From: Vulcanimicrobiota bacterium
GTDB taxonomy: Bacteria > Vulcanimicrobiota > Vulcanimicrobiia > Vulcanimicrobiales > Vulcanimicrobiaceae
NCBI GenBank assembly: GCA_963820825.1
Contig: CAWGBN010000005.1
Span: 96,001-160,000 of the forward strand
DNA length: 64,000 nt
Direction: 5' to 3'
In this document: piece after piece, positions 39,788 to 49,044 of the stretch
How positions within the stretch are numbered: the first letter of the stretch is position 1
Layout of the letters: each line of letters begins with the position of its first letter
Position numbers and translations under genes: made by a program
The notes under the pieces: generated by a model
Database searches by the model: none
The model's input: the letters and a program-made list of their open reading frames with translations, nothing else
Told to the model about the DNA's origin: nothing

Positions 39788-41198
39788 ACTCGCGATAGCG
39801 GCCTAGAAAGGCGCGCGCCGCCGCGCCATGGTCGATCGCCGCCGGCGGATAGGCGTCGGCGGCGTAGAGGCCCAGCGCGAGCTGCGGAGAGTTCGGCGGA
39901 CGCCCGTACCACGCATCGAGCGGAACGTCGCGCAGCTCCGGTATCCAGCGCCGGACGTAGATGCCGACCGGGTCGTACCGCCGGCGTTGCCGCTCGGGAT
40001 TGTAGATGCGCGGATACTGCGCCATGTCCGCGCCGACGCCCGCGATCCACTGCCAGTTACCGTCGGCCAGCGCCGGCTCGTCCTCGATGAGCCGGCGATC
40101 CCACTCGTCGCGACCGGCACGCCAATCGACGCCTAAGTCGAAACAGAGAAACGAGGCCGCGACCGCGCGTACGTGCGGATGCATCCATCCTGTCGCGTGC
40201 AACTGGCGAATGCCCGCATCGACGAACGGATACCCGGTCTTGCCCGCGCGCCACGCGTCCAAGAGCGGGTGCGACGATTCCCAGCGAAAGCCGCGCATCT
40301 TCTCCTGGAGCGGCTCGTCTTGCGTCTCCGGATAGAACCAGGCGAGTTGGAGGAAGAAATCGCGATGCGCGAGCGATCGCAGAAAGAGACGCAGCGAGAG
40401 ACGCTCCTCGCTGAGCGCGAACGGGTCGTCGAGGCGCTCGCGGACGGCACGCGCGATCGTGCGCGCAGCGATCGTCCCGAAGGAGAGTTCGGCCGCGAGG
40501 TGCGAGGTGCGGTCGTCGCCCGGCGCCGTTGCCGCGACTGCATAGAGTGCCGCATCTTCACGGAGAAAGCGTTCGAAACGCCGCCGGGCGATCGCGGCTC
40601 CGGCCTCGATAGCGCCCTTGCTTCCACCGAACTCCTCCGGCATCGGGAGCGGCTCGCTCGCTGCCTCGGTGCGGACGAATCGCAGCAGCAGCGGAGACTC
40701 GTGTGACGCAATCGGCAGCCTTCCCCAGGCTTCGAAATACGGGGCAAAGGCGCGGTAGGATCCGCCCGCACTATGCTCCGCGGCGCTCTCCTCGGGCGCG
40801 ACCACCGGCGCATCGTGCACGACGAGTGCTTCATACCCGGCCTCTTCCAACTGCGATGCGACGCGCCGGTCGCGCGTAATTCCATCGCGATCGTAGGCCG
40901 CGCTCCACGCCACACCGCTCGCCGCGAGCTCCCGTGCGACGCGGGCGAGCACCTCTTCCGGCTCGCCGCGAAGCACGAGCAAACGGCTTCCGCGCTCCTC
41001 GAGCTCGCCCGACAACGCGGCGAGCGCGCTGCAAAAGAACTCGGCTCGACGCGGCGAGGCCGCAAGGCGCTCGCGCATCGCCGAATCGATCACGAGCAAC
41101 GGCAGCACCGGACCGCGTGAAGCGGCCGCAGCTAGTCCGGCGTGATCGTCGAGGCGCAGATCTTTGGTAAAACGGTAGACAAACGGCCTCTCCGCCAT
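39768..41198 (-). CDS. Photolyase/cryptochrome family flavoprotein with an atypical substrate pocket
   Basis: DLRLDDH, GKTGYPFVDAGIRQL, DWR, WQW, RIYNP and RRWIPEL. Confidence 0.9.
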   Translation of the reverse strand: MAERPFVYRFTKDLRLDDHAGLAAAASRGPVLPLLVIDSAMRERLAASPRRAEFFCSALAALSGELEERGSRLLVLRGEPEEVLARVARELAASGVAWSAAYDRDGITRDRRVASQLEEAGYEALVVHDAPVVAPEESAAEHSAGGSYRAFAPYFEAWGRLPIASHESPLLLRFVRTEAASEPLPMPEEFGGSKGAIEAGAAIARRRFERFLREDAALYAVAATAPGDDRTSHLAAELSFGTIAARTIARAVRERLDDPFALSEERLSLRLFLRSLAHRDFFLQLAWFYPETQDEPLQEKMRGFRWESSHPLLDAWRAGKTGYPFVDAGIRQLHATGWMHPHVRAVAASFLCFDLGVDWRAGRDEWDRRLIEDEPALADGNWQWIAGVGADMAQYPRIYNPERQRRRYDPVGIYVRRWIPELRDVPLDAWYGRPPNSPQLALGLYAADAYPPAAIDHGAAARAFLGRYREFNRQLR

Positions 41199-41239
41199 TG
41201 CGGGCGGTTTCGGTCGCTCGGAGCGCTTCCCTCGCCCAG

Positions 41240-41836
41240 CTAGTGCGCCGGCGCGTTCAGCTTATAGTGCGCGCGCATCGCCGCGCGGCAGATCGACTCG
41301 TCCAGGGTCGCATTTCCAGAGCTCTTTGCGACGCTGCATCCCACCGGGATTCCGCGTGCGTTCACGTTGACTCGAAGCGTCGCCGCAAGCGTCGCCGGCG
41401 CTCCGAGCGCGAGCGATTCGGCCCGGCCTTCGCGGTGCGGCACGGTCTGCGTGCTCAACGCGGCAATCGCGCGCGCTTCTTGCGCCGGGACGCTGCGCTG
41501 CGCGACCGGCGCCGGCTGCGGTTGCTCGATCGCGCGGACACCGACGACCACCGCGATCGCCGCAGCCAGTGCGGCGACGGCCGTCCAGCCGAATCGCCGC
41601 GAGGTTTTTCGGGCGAATGCCGCGCGCAGATCCGGCTCCCACCGTTCGTCGTCGCGCGCGCGCGCAATCCCCAGCATCACGCGTTCGATCTCGCGCTCGC
41701 CGCCGAGCTCGTTGAGACACCGCGCGCATCCGGCGAGGTGGCTCCGGTAGGTTTCGCGTTCGAGGTCGCCGGCTTCGCCGATGGCGATCGCTCCGGCGAG
41801 CCGTTCGATCGTGCCGCAATCCGTTCGAGCACTCAT
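41240..41836 (-). CDS. Zinc-finger anti-sigma factor with a TM helix and a C-terminal TonB-like domain
   Basis: HLAGCARC (HxxxCxxC), hydrophobic WTAVAALAAAIAVVVGV, C-terminal VNARG...VAKSSGNATLDESICRAA. 4-nt overlap with the sigma gene. Confidence 0.8.
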   Translation of the reverse strand: MSARTDCGTIERLAGAIAIGEAGDLERETYRSHLAGCARCLNELGGEREIERVMLGIARARDDERWEPDLRAAFARKTSRRFGWTAVAALAAAIAVVVGVRAIEQPQPAPVAQRSVPAQEARAIAALSTQTVPHREGRAESLALGAPATLAATLRVNVNARGIPVGCSVAKSSGNATLDESICRAAMRAHYKLNAPAH

Positions 41837-42360
41837 CGATCGATACTCTCCTTCATAGTTGTCCGCAGGACGCGCATCGCACGACAGACCCGCTGACGAA
41901 CGGCGTCCGAGGTCGTGCCGAGAATTGCCGCGGCCTCCGACGACGAATAACCGGCATAGCTCGTCAAGAGCAGTGCCGCCGATTGTTCGGGGGGCAGGCG
42001 CATGAGCGCCGCTTGCAGGTCGAGCGACGCGGCGCTGCGCTCGTCGACGCGCCACTCGCTTCGATCGATCTCACGATCGAGCGGGAGCACGCGAAGAATC
42101 TTCTTCCGCCGTAAAAACGAGATCGCGGCGTTCGTCGCGGCGCGGTAGAGCCAGCCCGCGCTCAGCTCGCGCTGCGGATCGGCTTGCAGCATGCGATAGG
42201 CCGACAGAAAGACGTCCTGCGTCAGATCGAGCGCGACCTCAGCGTCGCCGACCATCCGCCGGACGTATCGTGCCAGCTTCGTCTGGTACTCGAGAACGAG
42301 CGACTCGACGCGCGCTGACGCGACTGCCGTTGGTTCGCCCGTCACCCGGACCGCGTCCAT
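41833..42360 (-). CDS. ECF sigma factor
   Basis: DLTQDVFL and WLYRAATN (region 2); LP...YSSSEAAAILG...VRQRVCRA (region 4). Confidence 0.92.
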   Translation of the reverse strand: MDAVRVTGEPTAVASARVESLVLEYQTKLARYVRRMVGDAEVALDLTQDVFLSAYRMLQADPQRELSAGWLYRAATNAAISFLRRKKILRVLPLDREIDRSEWRVDERSAASLDLQAALMRLPPEQSAALLLTSYAGYSSSEAAAILGTTSDAVRQRVCRAMRVLRTTMKESIDR

Positions 42361-42419
42361 TCGTTTTCCCCCTTATCCTCCCAACGCCGCCGGCCTCGCC
42401 GCCGTGACCGCCGGCCCGC

Positions 42420-43415
42420 TCAACCGCCGATCTCCGAGAAGGCCCGCATCCGCGAGGCGCTCTCGCCCAAGCGCAGATGGTGGCGTTCGGGCTTGATCAG
42501 CATAGCCGACTGCAGGAGTTCCGCAAGCTGCGCCTGCGGCGCTCCCGCGCGCAGCGGCGAGCGCAGGTCGAGCGAGTGGTCGCCGAAGAGGCAGAGACGC
42601 AATCGCCCGTCGGCCGTCAACCGTACCCGGTTGCAGCGCTCGCAGTAGTCGTGTGAGAGCGGGCTGATCACCCCGACGGCGCCCGGGGCGCCGGCAAACG
42701 CGAAGTATCGTGCCGGCCCGTTGCCGCCGGGACCGTCGACCGGAAGCAGCTCGCCGCCGGCCGCGATACGCTTTAGGATCTCGTCGGAAGAGACGTAGGC
42801 GTCGCGCTGCATCCCGGCATTCTCGAGGACCGGCATTACTTCGATGAAGCGAACGAAGATCGGCCGTTCGCGGGTCAGCCGTGCAAAATCGAGGAGCTCG
42901 TCGTCGTTTTTCCCGCGCATCACGACGCAGTTGAGTTTGATCGGCGCCAGCCCCGCGGCGATCGCCGCATCGATTGCGCGCAGCACCGCGCCGAGCCCCG
43001 GCCGCCGCGCAATCGCTTCGAACCGGTCCTCCCGCAGCGTATCGAGCGAGAGATTGATGCGGCGCAGACCCGCGGCGACGAGTTCGGGAAGCTGCGACTC
43101 GAGCAGCAACCCGTTGGTCGAGAGCGCGACGTCGTCGATGCCGGGGGTCGCTGCAATTGCGGCGACGAGCCGGCTGAGGTCTCGCCGGACGAGCGGCTCG
43201 CCGCCGGTCAAGCGAATTGCGCGCACGCCGACCGACGCCGCCGCGCCTACGATCTGAGCGATCTCTTCGTAGCTGAGAATCTCCTCGCGACGCAGCCACG
43301 GCAACCCGCCCTCCGGCATGCAGTAGATGCAGCGCAGGTTGCACTTGTCGGTCACCGAGATGCGCAGATAGGTAATCGGGCGGCTGAACCCGTCGACCAG
43401 CGAAATGGTCGTCAT
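42420..43415 (-). CDS. moaA: GTP 3',8-cyclase
   Basis: CNLRCIYC, TGGEP, CERCNRVR...LC and C-terminal IGG. Confidence 0.97.
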   Translation of the reverse strand: MTTISLVDGFSRPITYLRISVTDKCNLRCIYCMPEGGLPWLRREEILSYEEIAQIVGAAASVGVRAIRLTGGEPLVRRDLSRLVAAIAATPGIDDVALSTNGLLLESQLPELVAAGLRRINLSLDTLREDRFEAIARRPGLGAVLRAIDAAIAAGLAPIKLNCVVMRGKNDDELLDFARLTRERPIFVRFIEVMPVLENAGMQRDAYVSSDEILKRIAAGGELLPVDGPGGNGPARYFAFAGAPGAVGVISPLSHDYCERCNRVRLTADGRLRLCLFGDHSLDLRSPLRAGAPQAQLAELLQSAMLIKPERHHLRLGESASRMRAFSEIGG

Positions 43416-43993
43416 TGGTTCTCGAAGAGCGATTCCGGCAGCGACGGATTGATCTTATACTGATCGATCGTCGAGGTGATGTCGGCGACGTATCCCGGTT
43501 CCTGCACGTGTCCCGTCTGCGACTCAACGAGAAGATACCCTGCGACGCGCCCGTAGCGGTTGGCGAGCTCGGCATAGCCGCCGTTGGCATAGTCCCAGCG
43601 CATCGAAGTCACCGTCGCGCTCTTGTCGTTTACGCTGGCCTCGATGCTCTCGACGTTGCCCTGCTTGCGCGGCACGAGCCGCAGCCGGGTGGTCGTGCCG
43701 TCGTCGGAGAGCGGAGTGACCGCGTAGATCGCCTGCCATTGCGAGGGGCTCTCGATATGCGCGTAAAGCCGGTCGAACTGCTGCGCGACCAGCGGAACGC
43801 CGCCGGTAAAGACGACCCTCTGCTGGTCGGGGGCCTTGTAGTAATACGTGCCCGTGAGATCCGCCGCCAAGAACGGAAACGATCGCATCGTCACGTGGGC
43901 GCGCATGCTCGCGCTGAACGCCTGCAGGTCCGAGTTGACGGCGGCCATTCGAGCGAGCAGCGCCGCCGCGCCGGCGACTGCGAGCAGCGTCAT
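43412..43993 (-). CDS. Exported beta-rich hypothetical protein (possibly LolA-like fold)
   Basis: Signal-like N-terminus, YYKAPD, LRLVPRK and YKINPSLPESLF; 4-nt overlaps on both sides. Confidence 0.55.
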   Translation of the reverse strand: MTLLAVAGAAALLARMAAVNSDLQAFSASMRAHVTMRSFPFLAADLTGTYYYKAPDQQRVVFTGGVPLVAQQFDRLYAHIESPSQWQAIYAVTPLSDDGTTTRLRLVPRKQGNVESIEASVNDKSATVTSMRWDYANGGYAELANRYGRVAGYLLVESQTGHVQEPGYVADITSTIDQYKINPSLPESLFENQ

Positions 43994-45129
43994 ACCGCGC
44001 CCCCCAAAGCCGAGAAGATCTCGTCGCGCACGTCGTCTTCGGCTTCTTCGAGATAGCCGCGGCGCAATGCCTCGAGCGCTGCCGGCGAGCCGATCCTTCC
44101 AAGTGCCCATGCCGCGTGACCGCGCACCATCGGATGCGGATCGCGCTGCAGGCTCTCGATCAGCGCCCCGACCGCCGATCGATCGAGCGCGTTGCCGAGC
44201 GCGACGGCGGCGTTTCGCCGCAGAACCGCCGCTCCGCGCCAACCCATCGCAGTCGAGCGGTACCGGCGCTTAAAGCGGGAGCTGCCGAGGCGAAGCAGTG
44301 CAACGAGCGGCGGGCGTGCCGCATCGCTCTCGCGCGGCGACCAGCGCGCGGCAGCCGGGCGTGCAACGCGCGCGTTCGGCGGGCAGACGCTCTGGCAGAT
44401 GTCGCAGCCCCAGACCCAATCGCCGACGAGCGGCCGCAGCGCGCGCGGAATCGCATCGGTGCGCTGCGTGAGGTCGGAGATGCAGCGCGTCGCGTCGATC
44501 GTATAATCGCCGCGCAGCGCGCTGGTCGGGCAGGCGTCGACGCAGCGCTCGCACGAGCCGCAGCTCTTGCGCAGCGGCGCATCGGCGGGCAGCTCGAGCG
44601 TCGTAACGATCTCGCCGAGAAAAACGAAGGAGCCGTGCTCGGGCGAGATCAGATTCGTATGCTTCCCGATCCAACCCAGACCGGCGCGTGCGGCAAACGC
44701 TCGTTCCGCAAGCGGCCGCGTGTCGCAGGCGATCGCGGTGACGGATGCGCCTGCCGACGCGTCGATTTCACTCGCTACGGAGCGCAGCAACGCGCGCAGC
44801 TCTCGATGATAATCCGGCGACCAGGCGTAGTTCGAGACCCGTCCGCGCAGCGGAGCCTCCGTTCGCGGCGCCGGCGCGCCGTACGGCATCGCGATGCAGA
44901 TGACGCTGCGCGCGCCCTCGAGCAGCGCCGAAGCATCGCTTGCGCCACGCGCGTACTCCGCGCCATATCCCCAGGTTGCGAAATCACCGCGCTCAAAGGC
45001 CCGTTCCATCCGGCCGCGCGTGAGCGCGTCGGGCACCGCCGGCACCACGCGCGCGGTGGCCGCGCCGCGGTCGAGCGCGGTGCGGATCGCGCGCTCCTTG
45101 ATTCGTACCATTTCATCTTGCATCGTCAT
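43990..45129 (-). CDS. queG: tRNA epoxyqueuosine reductase
   Basis: AGLGWIGKH, CGSCERCVDACPT, RCIS, WGCDICQSVCP and HEAT-like tail. Confidence 0.94.
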   Translation of the reverse strand: MTMQDEMVRIKERAIRTALDRGAATARVVPAVPDALTRGRMERAFERGDFATWGYGAEYARGASDASALLEGARSVICIAMPYGAPAPRTEAPLRGRVSNYAWSPDYHRELRALLRSVASEIDASAGASVTAIACDTRPLAERAFAARAGLGWIGKHTNLISPEHGSFVFLGEIVTTLELPADAPLRKSCGSCERCVDACPTSALRGDYTIDATRCISDLTQRTDAIPRALRPLVGDWVWGCDICQSVCPPNARVARPAAARWSPRESDAARPPLVALLRLGSSRFKRRYRSTAMGWRGAAVLRRNAAVALGNALDRSAVGALIESLQRDPHPMVRGHAAWALGRIGSPAALEALRRGYLEEAEDDVRDEIFSALGGAV

Positions 45130-45977
45130 AGGGTTGCCAGCGGTCCGGGCTCTCCGCGCGGAAAGGCTTCGTCGATCCTTGCAACATCGCTCGGATCGAG
45201 CTCGAGCTCTCCCGCCGCAGCGTTCTCTTCGACGTGTTCCACACGGGCGGCTTTTGGAATCGCGAAAAGCCCAGGATCGCGCGTCAAGAATGCAAGCGCT
45301 ACCTGCTGGAGGGTCGAATCGTGCTTCCGCGCGACCGCCTCCAGCGCTCGCCGGCCGGAGTCGGAGCGAAGGAAGCGCCCCCGGCCGAATGGCGTGTATG
45401 CGACGATAGCGATGCCCCGCTCGCGCGCTCGTTCGACGAGCGCGTGCTCGATGCCGCGCTCGCAGAGATGATAGAGCACCTGATTGCAGGCCAGCGGCAC
45501 CGAACGCAGATACGACGCCGCCTCGAGCATCTCGCCGGCATCGAAATTGCTGACGCCGATAAAGCGCGTCTTACCCTGCTCCACGAGCCGCTCGAGTGCC
45601 CGCATCGTCTCCTCGAGCGGGTGCGAACCAGGCCAATGCAGCAGGTAGAGATCGACGTAATCGCATCCAAGCCGCGCGAGGCTTCGATCTGCCGCCGCGA
45701 GCGTTCCGCTATAACTGGCGTTGCCGGGCAGAACCTTGGTTACGATGAAGAGCCGCTCGCGATCGAGACCGCGAATCGTCTCGCCGAGCAACTCCTCGAC
45801 GCGCCCCGCGCCGTACATCTCGGCCGTATCGAGATGCACCATCCCCAGTTCGATCCCGCGCGCAATCGCGCGTTGCGCCTCTTTGAGTCCCGCACCGCTC
45901 TCGGGCATATTCCAAGTTCCTTGGCCGATGACCGGGAGCGCCACTCCGGTCGCGCCGAACGCTTTGCGCTTCACCAC
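45126..45977 (-). CDS. Aldo/keto reductase
   Basis: IGQGTW, DTAEMYG, DLYLLHWP, GVSNF and AIPKA. Confidence 0.93.
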   Translation of the reverse strand: MVKRKAFGATGVALPVIGQGTWNMPESGAGLKEAQRAIARGIELGMVHLDTAEMYGAGRVEELLGETIRGLDRERLFIVTKVLPGNASYSGTLAAADRSLARLGCDYVDLYLLHWPGSHPLEETMRALERLVEQGKTRFIGVSNFDAGEMLEAASYLRSVPLACNQVLYHLCERGIEHALVERARERGIAIVAYTPFGRGRFLRSDSGRRALEAVARKHDSTLQQVALAFLTRDPGLFAIPKAARVEHVEENAAAGELELDPSDVARIDEAFPRGEPGPLATL

Positions 45978-45980
45978 GCG

Positions 45981-47087
45981 CTAAAAGAACTCGAACTCGC
46001 GGTGGCGCACCGCGTAGGCGAGCAAACCGCCGCGCAGATGGGTCAGCCGCGTAAATCCCGCGTCGTGCAAGCGGCGCACCGCCCAAATCGACTTGGAACC
46101 GACCCGGCACGCGACGACGTACCGTTGCGCGCTGTCGAGCTCGTGCATGCGCGATTCGAGCTCCGACGCCGGAATCTGTAAAGCGCCGTCGATCGTGCCG
46201 AGCACGGCTTCGTGGGGCTCGCGCACGTCCAGAAGTATCGCATCGCGCAGCGCCTCGTCGAGGCGCTCGGCCTCGATCTCCGCTACCGGCGGCTGCGGTG
46301 AAGCATCGGCGTAGCGCTCCTGCTCGATGCCCTCAATCGCCGGCGCTTCGCCGCAGAGCGCGCAATCCGGATCGCGTTCGAATCGGACCTCGCGCGCCCG
46401 CGCGTGCAAGGCGTCGACGAGCATCAGACGCCCGATCAGCGGATCGCCGATGCGCAAGAGTATCTTGAGCGCTTCGTTCGCCTGCCACGCACCGACGATG
46501 CCCGCGAGTGCGCCGAGAACGCCGCCCTCCGCGCAGGTCGGGCGGCTCTCGACCGGCGGCGCTTCGGGATAGAGACAACGGTAACAGGGTCCGGCGCCGG
46601 AGCGAAAGACGCTCACCTGACCGTCGAATCGAAAGATCGACCCGTAGACGTCGCTCCGCCCTTCGAAGAAGCACGCATCGTTGATGAGGAAGCGCGTCGG
46701 AAAGCGATCGGTACAGTCGAGCACCACGTCGTAGAGCGCGACGAGCGCGCGTGCGTTGCCGGGGTCGAATCGTACGGCGATCGGGTCGACGTTGACGAGC
46801 GGGTTGAGCCCTTGCAGGCGCTCCGCGGCCACGGCCGCCTTCTTCTTCCCGACGTCGGCCGTGGCGAAGATCGTCTGACGCTGCAGGTTCGTCTCGTCGA
46901 CCACGTCGTCGTCGACGATCCCGATCCGGCCGACACCGGCCGCGGCGAGATACTGCAGCGCCGGCGATCCGAGTCCACCCGCGCCGACCACCAGCGCGCG
47001 CGACGCGGCGAGCCGCTCTTGCCCCGCCAATCCGACCTCGGGAATCAAGAGATGACGGCTATACCGCCGGCGCTCGATCGGATTCAC
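45981..47087 (-). CDS. moeB: Molybdopterin synthase adenylyltransferase with C-terminal rhodanese (MoeB/MoeZ)
   Basis: RYSRH, GAGGLG, NLQRQ, CYRC and DVREP. GTG start at 47087. Confidence 0.93.
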   Translation of the reverse strand: MNPIERRRYSRHLLIPEVGLAGQERLAASRALVVGAGGLGSPALQYLAAAGVGRIGIVDDDVVDETNLQRQTIFATADVGKKKAAVAAERLQGLNPLVNVDPIAVRFDPGNARALVALYDVVLDCTDRFPTRFLINDACFFEGRSDVYGSIFRFDGQVSVFRSGAGPCYRCLYPEAPPVESRPTCAEGGVLGALAGIVGAWQANEALKILLRIGDPLIGRLMLVDALHARAREVRFERDPDCALCGEAPAIEGIEQERYADASPQPPVAEIEAERLDEALRDAILLDVREPHEAVLGTIDGALQIPASELESRMHELDSAQRYVVACRVGSKSIWAVRRLHDAGFTRLTHLRGGLLAYAVRHREFEFF

Positions 47088-47821
47088 GCTTCTCGCGCTC
47101 GCACGTGCGGGTGAAGTTCGTCGAGCCACTCGAGCACGGTTGCCCGGGCGTGTTCGGCGGCGTAAGTGTGATCGCTCGCAATGGTTGCGAAGGTCTTCGG
47201 CTCGGGCGCGCGATCGTACAGCTCTCGAACGCTCTTCGGGCTGACCATTGCGTCGCGGTCGGCGGCGACGTAGAGTGCCGGCCGTCCCGCGAGGCGTGGG
47301 AGTAACTCGGCGTACCGCTGGTCGACGCCGGCGACGAGCTCGGGGAGCGTGACGCCGACCACGTAGGACGAACGGAAATCGGCGACGCCGACGCGCTGCA
47401 GCGACTCGAGCGACGTCGGTCGTCCGTATCCGGTTGCGATCGCGATCGTGCCCAGAACGTTTGCATCGAGGGCGGCGGTGAAGATCGCGGTCATTCCGCC
47501 CATGCTGTGGCCGAGTGTATAGGCGGCGCCGTCACCGCGCTCGCGCGCGAATGCCAGCGTCGCGGACATTGCGTCGACGCAATCGTCGACGCCCTGCAGC
47601 ACGCCGGCGCTCGATCCGAGCTTATGTCCGGGAAAGTCGAGGCTATAGACGCCGAAGCCGTGGCTTGCCAAGAACGAGCAGAGAAAATCGAGATTCTGTT
47701 TGCTCGATGAGTATCCGTGGCCGGCAACGATACAGACGTCGCGCGGCCGGCGCGGCTCGTACCAGAGAACGGCCACCGGGTTGCGCGCGGCTTCGATGCG
47801 GAAGAGCTCGACCTTAGGCAC
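47084..47821 (-). CDS. Alpha/beta hydrolase
   Basis: HGY, DFPGH, GHSMG nucleophile elbow and C-terminal DH. GTG start at 47821. Confidence 0.85.
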   Translation of the reverse strand: MPKVELFRIEAARNPVAVLWYEPRRPRDVCIVAGHGYSSSKQNLDFLCSFLASHGFGVYSLDFPGHKLGSSAGVLQGVDDCVDAMSATLAFARERGDGAAYTLGHSMGGMTAIFTAALDANVLGTIAIATGYGRPTSLESLQRVGVADFRSSYVVGVTLPELVAGVDQRYAELLPRLAGRPALYVAADRDAMVSPKSVRELYDRAPEPKTFATIASDHTYAAEHARATVLEWLDELHPHVRAREA

Positions 47822-48230
47822 CGTTGCGCCACTCTGCGCTGCCGTCGGCATAGCACTCTTTCTTCCAAATCGGCGCGCGGCGCTTGAGCTCGTCGATTGC
47901 GTAGCGGCAGGCCTCGAACGCCTCGGCACGGTGCGCGGCTCCGGCGAGCACCGCAACCGAGATCTCGCCGGCGCGTACCTCCCCGACGCGATGCACGATT
48001 CCGATCTCGACGTCGCCGAAGCGCTCGCGCGCCTCGCCCGCGATCACCTCGAACTCGCGCACCGCCATCGCTTCGAAGGCCTCGTACCAGAGCGCGGTCA
48101 CGCGCCGCCCGTCGCTCGAGTCGCCGCGTACGATGCCCATGAAGGCAACGACCCCGCCGTGGCCGCGGCCGACGAGCTCGGCGAGCCGCTCCGATTCGAT
48201 CGGCTCGCCGACGATGCGAAAGAGCGCCAT
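47814..48230 (-). CDS. moaE: Molybdopterin synthase catalytic subunit
   Basis: FMGIVR, HRVG, HRAEAF and PIWKKE. Confidence 0.95.
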   Translation of the reverse strand: MALFRIVGEPIESERLAELVGRGHGGVVAFMGIVRGDSSDGRRVTALWYEAFEAMAVREFEVIAGEARERFGDVEIGIVHRVGEVRAGEISVAVLAGAAHRAEAFEACRYAIDELKRRAPIWKKECYADGSAEWRNGA

Positions 48231-48236
48231 CGCGCG

Positions 48237-48482
48237 CTAACCGCCGCCAACCGGCGGCAAAAGAGCGAGCTCGTCACCCTCGGCAAGCTCGTCGTCGAAC
48301 GACGCGATCCGGCCGTTCCGCGCGACGCGCGTCGAGCGCCGCTCTGCATCGATAGCAGGATATTCGCGTGCAAGCGCGCGCCACGCATCGGCGATGAGGG
48401 CCCCGTCGGGCAGATCGAGGCCGCGCTCGGGCGCTTGGAGCAGCTCGCGTAGACCGGCGAAGACCAGCAGGTGAATCCGCAT
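48237..48482 (-). CDS. moaD: Molybdopterin synthase sulfur carrier
   Basis: FAGLRE...GDELALLPPVGGG. ATG at 48482. Confidence 0.93.
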   Translation of the reverse strand: MRIHLLVFAGLRELLQAPERGLDLPDGALIADAWRALAREYPAIDAERRSTRVARNGRIASFDDELAEGDELALLPPVGGG

Positions 48483-48544
48483 CTCCGGCTGCCTTCGACG
48501 GGTATCGCCGCGAATCGTACCGAATTCAATTCTCAACCTTCACT

Positions 48545-48928
48545 ATGCGCCGAGCATTCGCACTCATCGTCGTCTTCGCGGCATGCGCCCTTCGAGCAGC
48601 CGCGGCATCGCAATGCACCCAGGAGACGCTCACGGTCGAAGGGCGGCCGGTCACCATCGGCTACTGCATCACCGGCGCGCTGCGCTCGACCGGCGCCGAG
48701 GAGATCGTCGTTCCGGTGACTGCGACCTATTCGGCGCCTGGGGCAACGGTAAGCCGCCCGATCGACCTCCATTTCATTGCCGGCGAGGGCGTCTCGCGGG
48801 TGCTCCAGAGCCTCGACCTCACCAAGGTGGGCCTGACCGGCACGCTCCATCTCACGCTCGCCTATTCGCGAGGTCTCGTCCGCGTCGAAGGCGCGCTGCT
48901 CACACCGGGAGCGATCACGATCAAGTGA
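48545..48928 (+). CDS. Hypothetical exported protein
   Basis: Signal peptide followed by a beta-rich mature region. Confidence 0.6.
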   Translation: MRRAFALIVVFAACALRAAAASQCTQETLTVEGRPVTIGYCITGALRSTGAEEIVVPVTATYSAPGATVSRPIDLHFIAGEGVSRVLQSLDLTKVGLTGTLHLTLAYSRGLVRVEGALLTPGAITIK

Positions 48929-49044
48929 GTGCAACCCTCGCGCCGCGGCGGGGACTCTAGAGGGTCGTATGCGCCGGCGCTACATCGCCTTTAACAATTC
49001 CAAGATACCCGACGGCTGTCGATAGAGGAGCCTGCCCGTCCATC

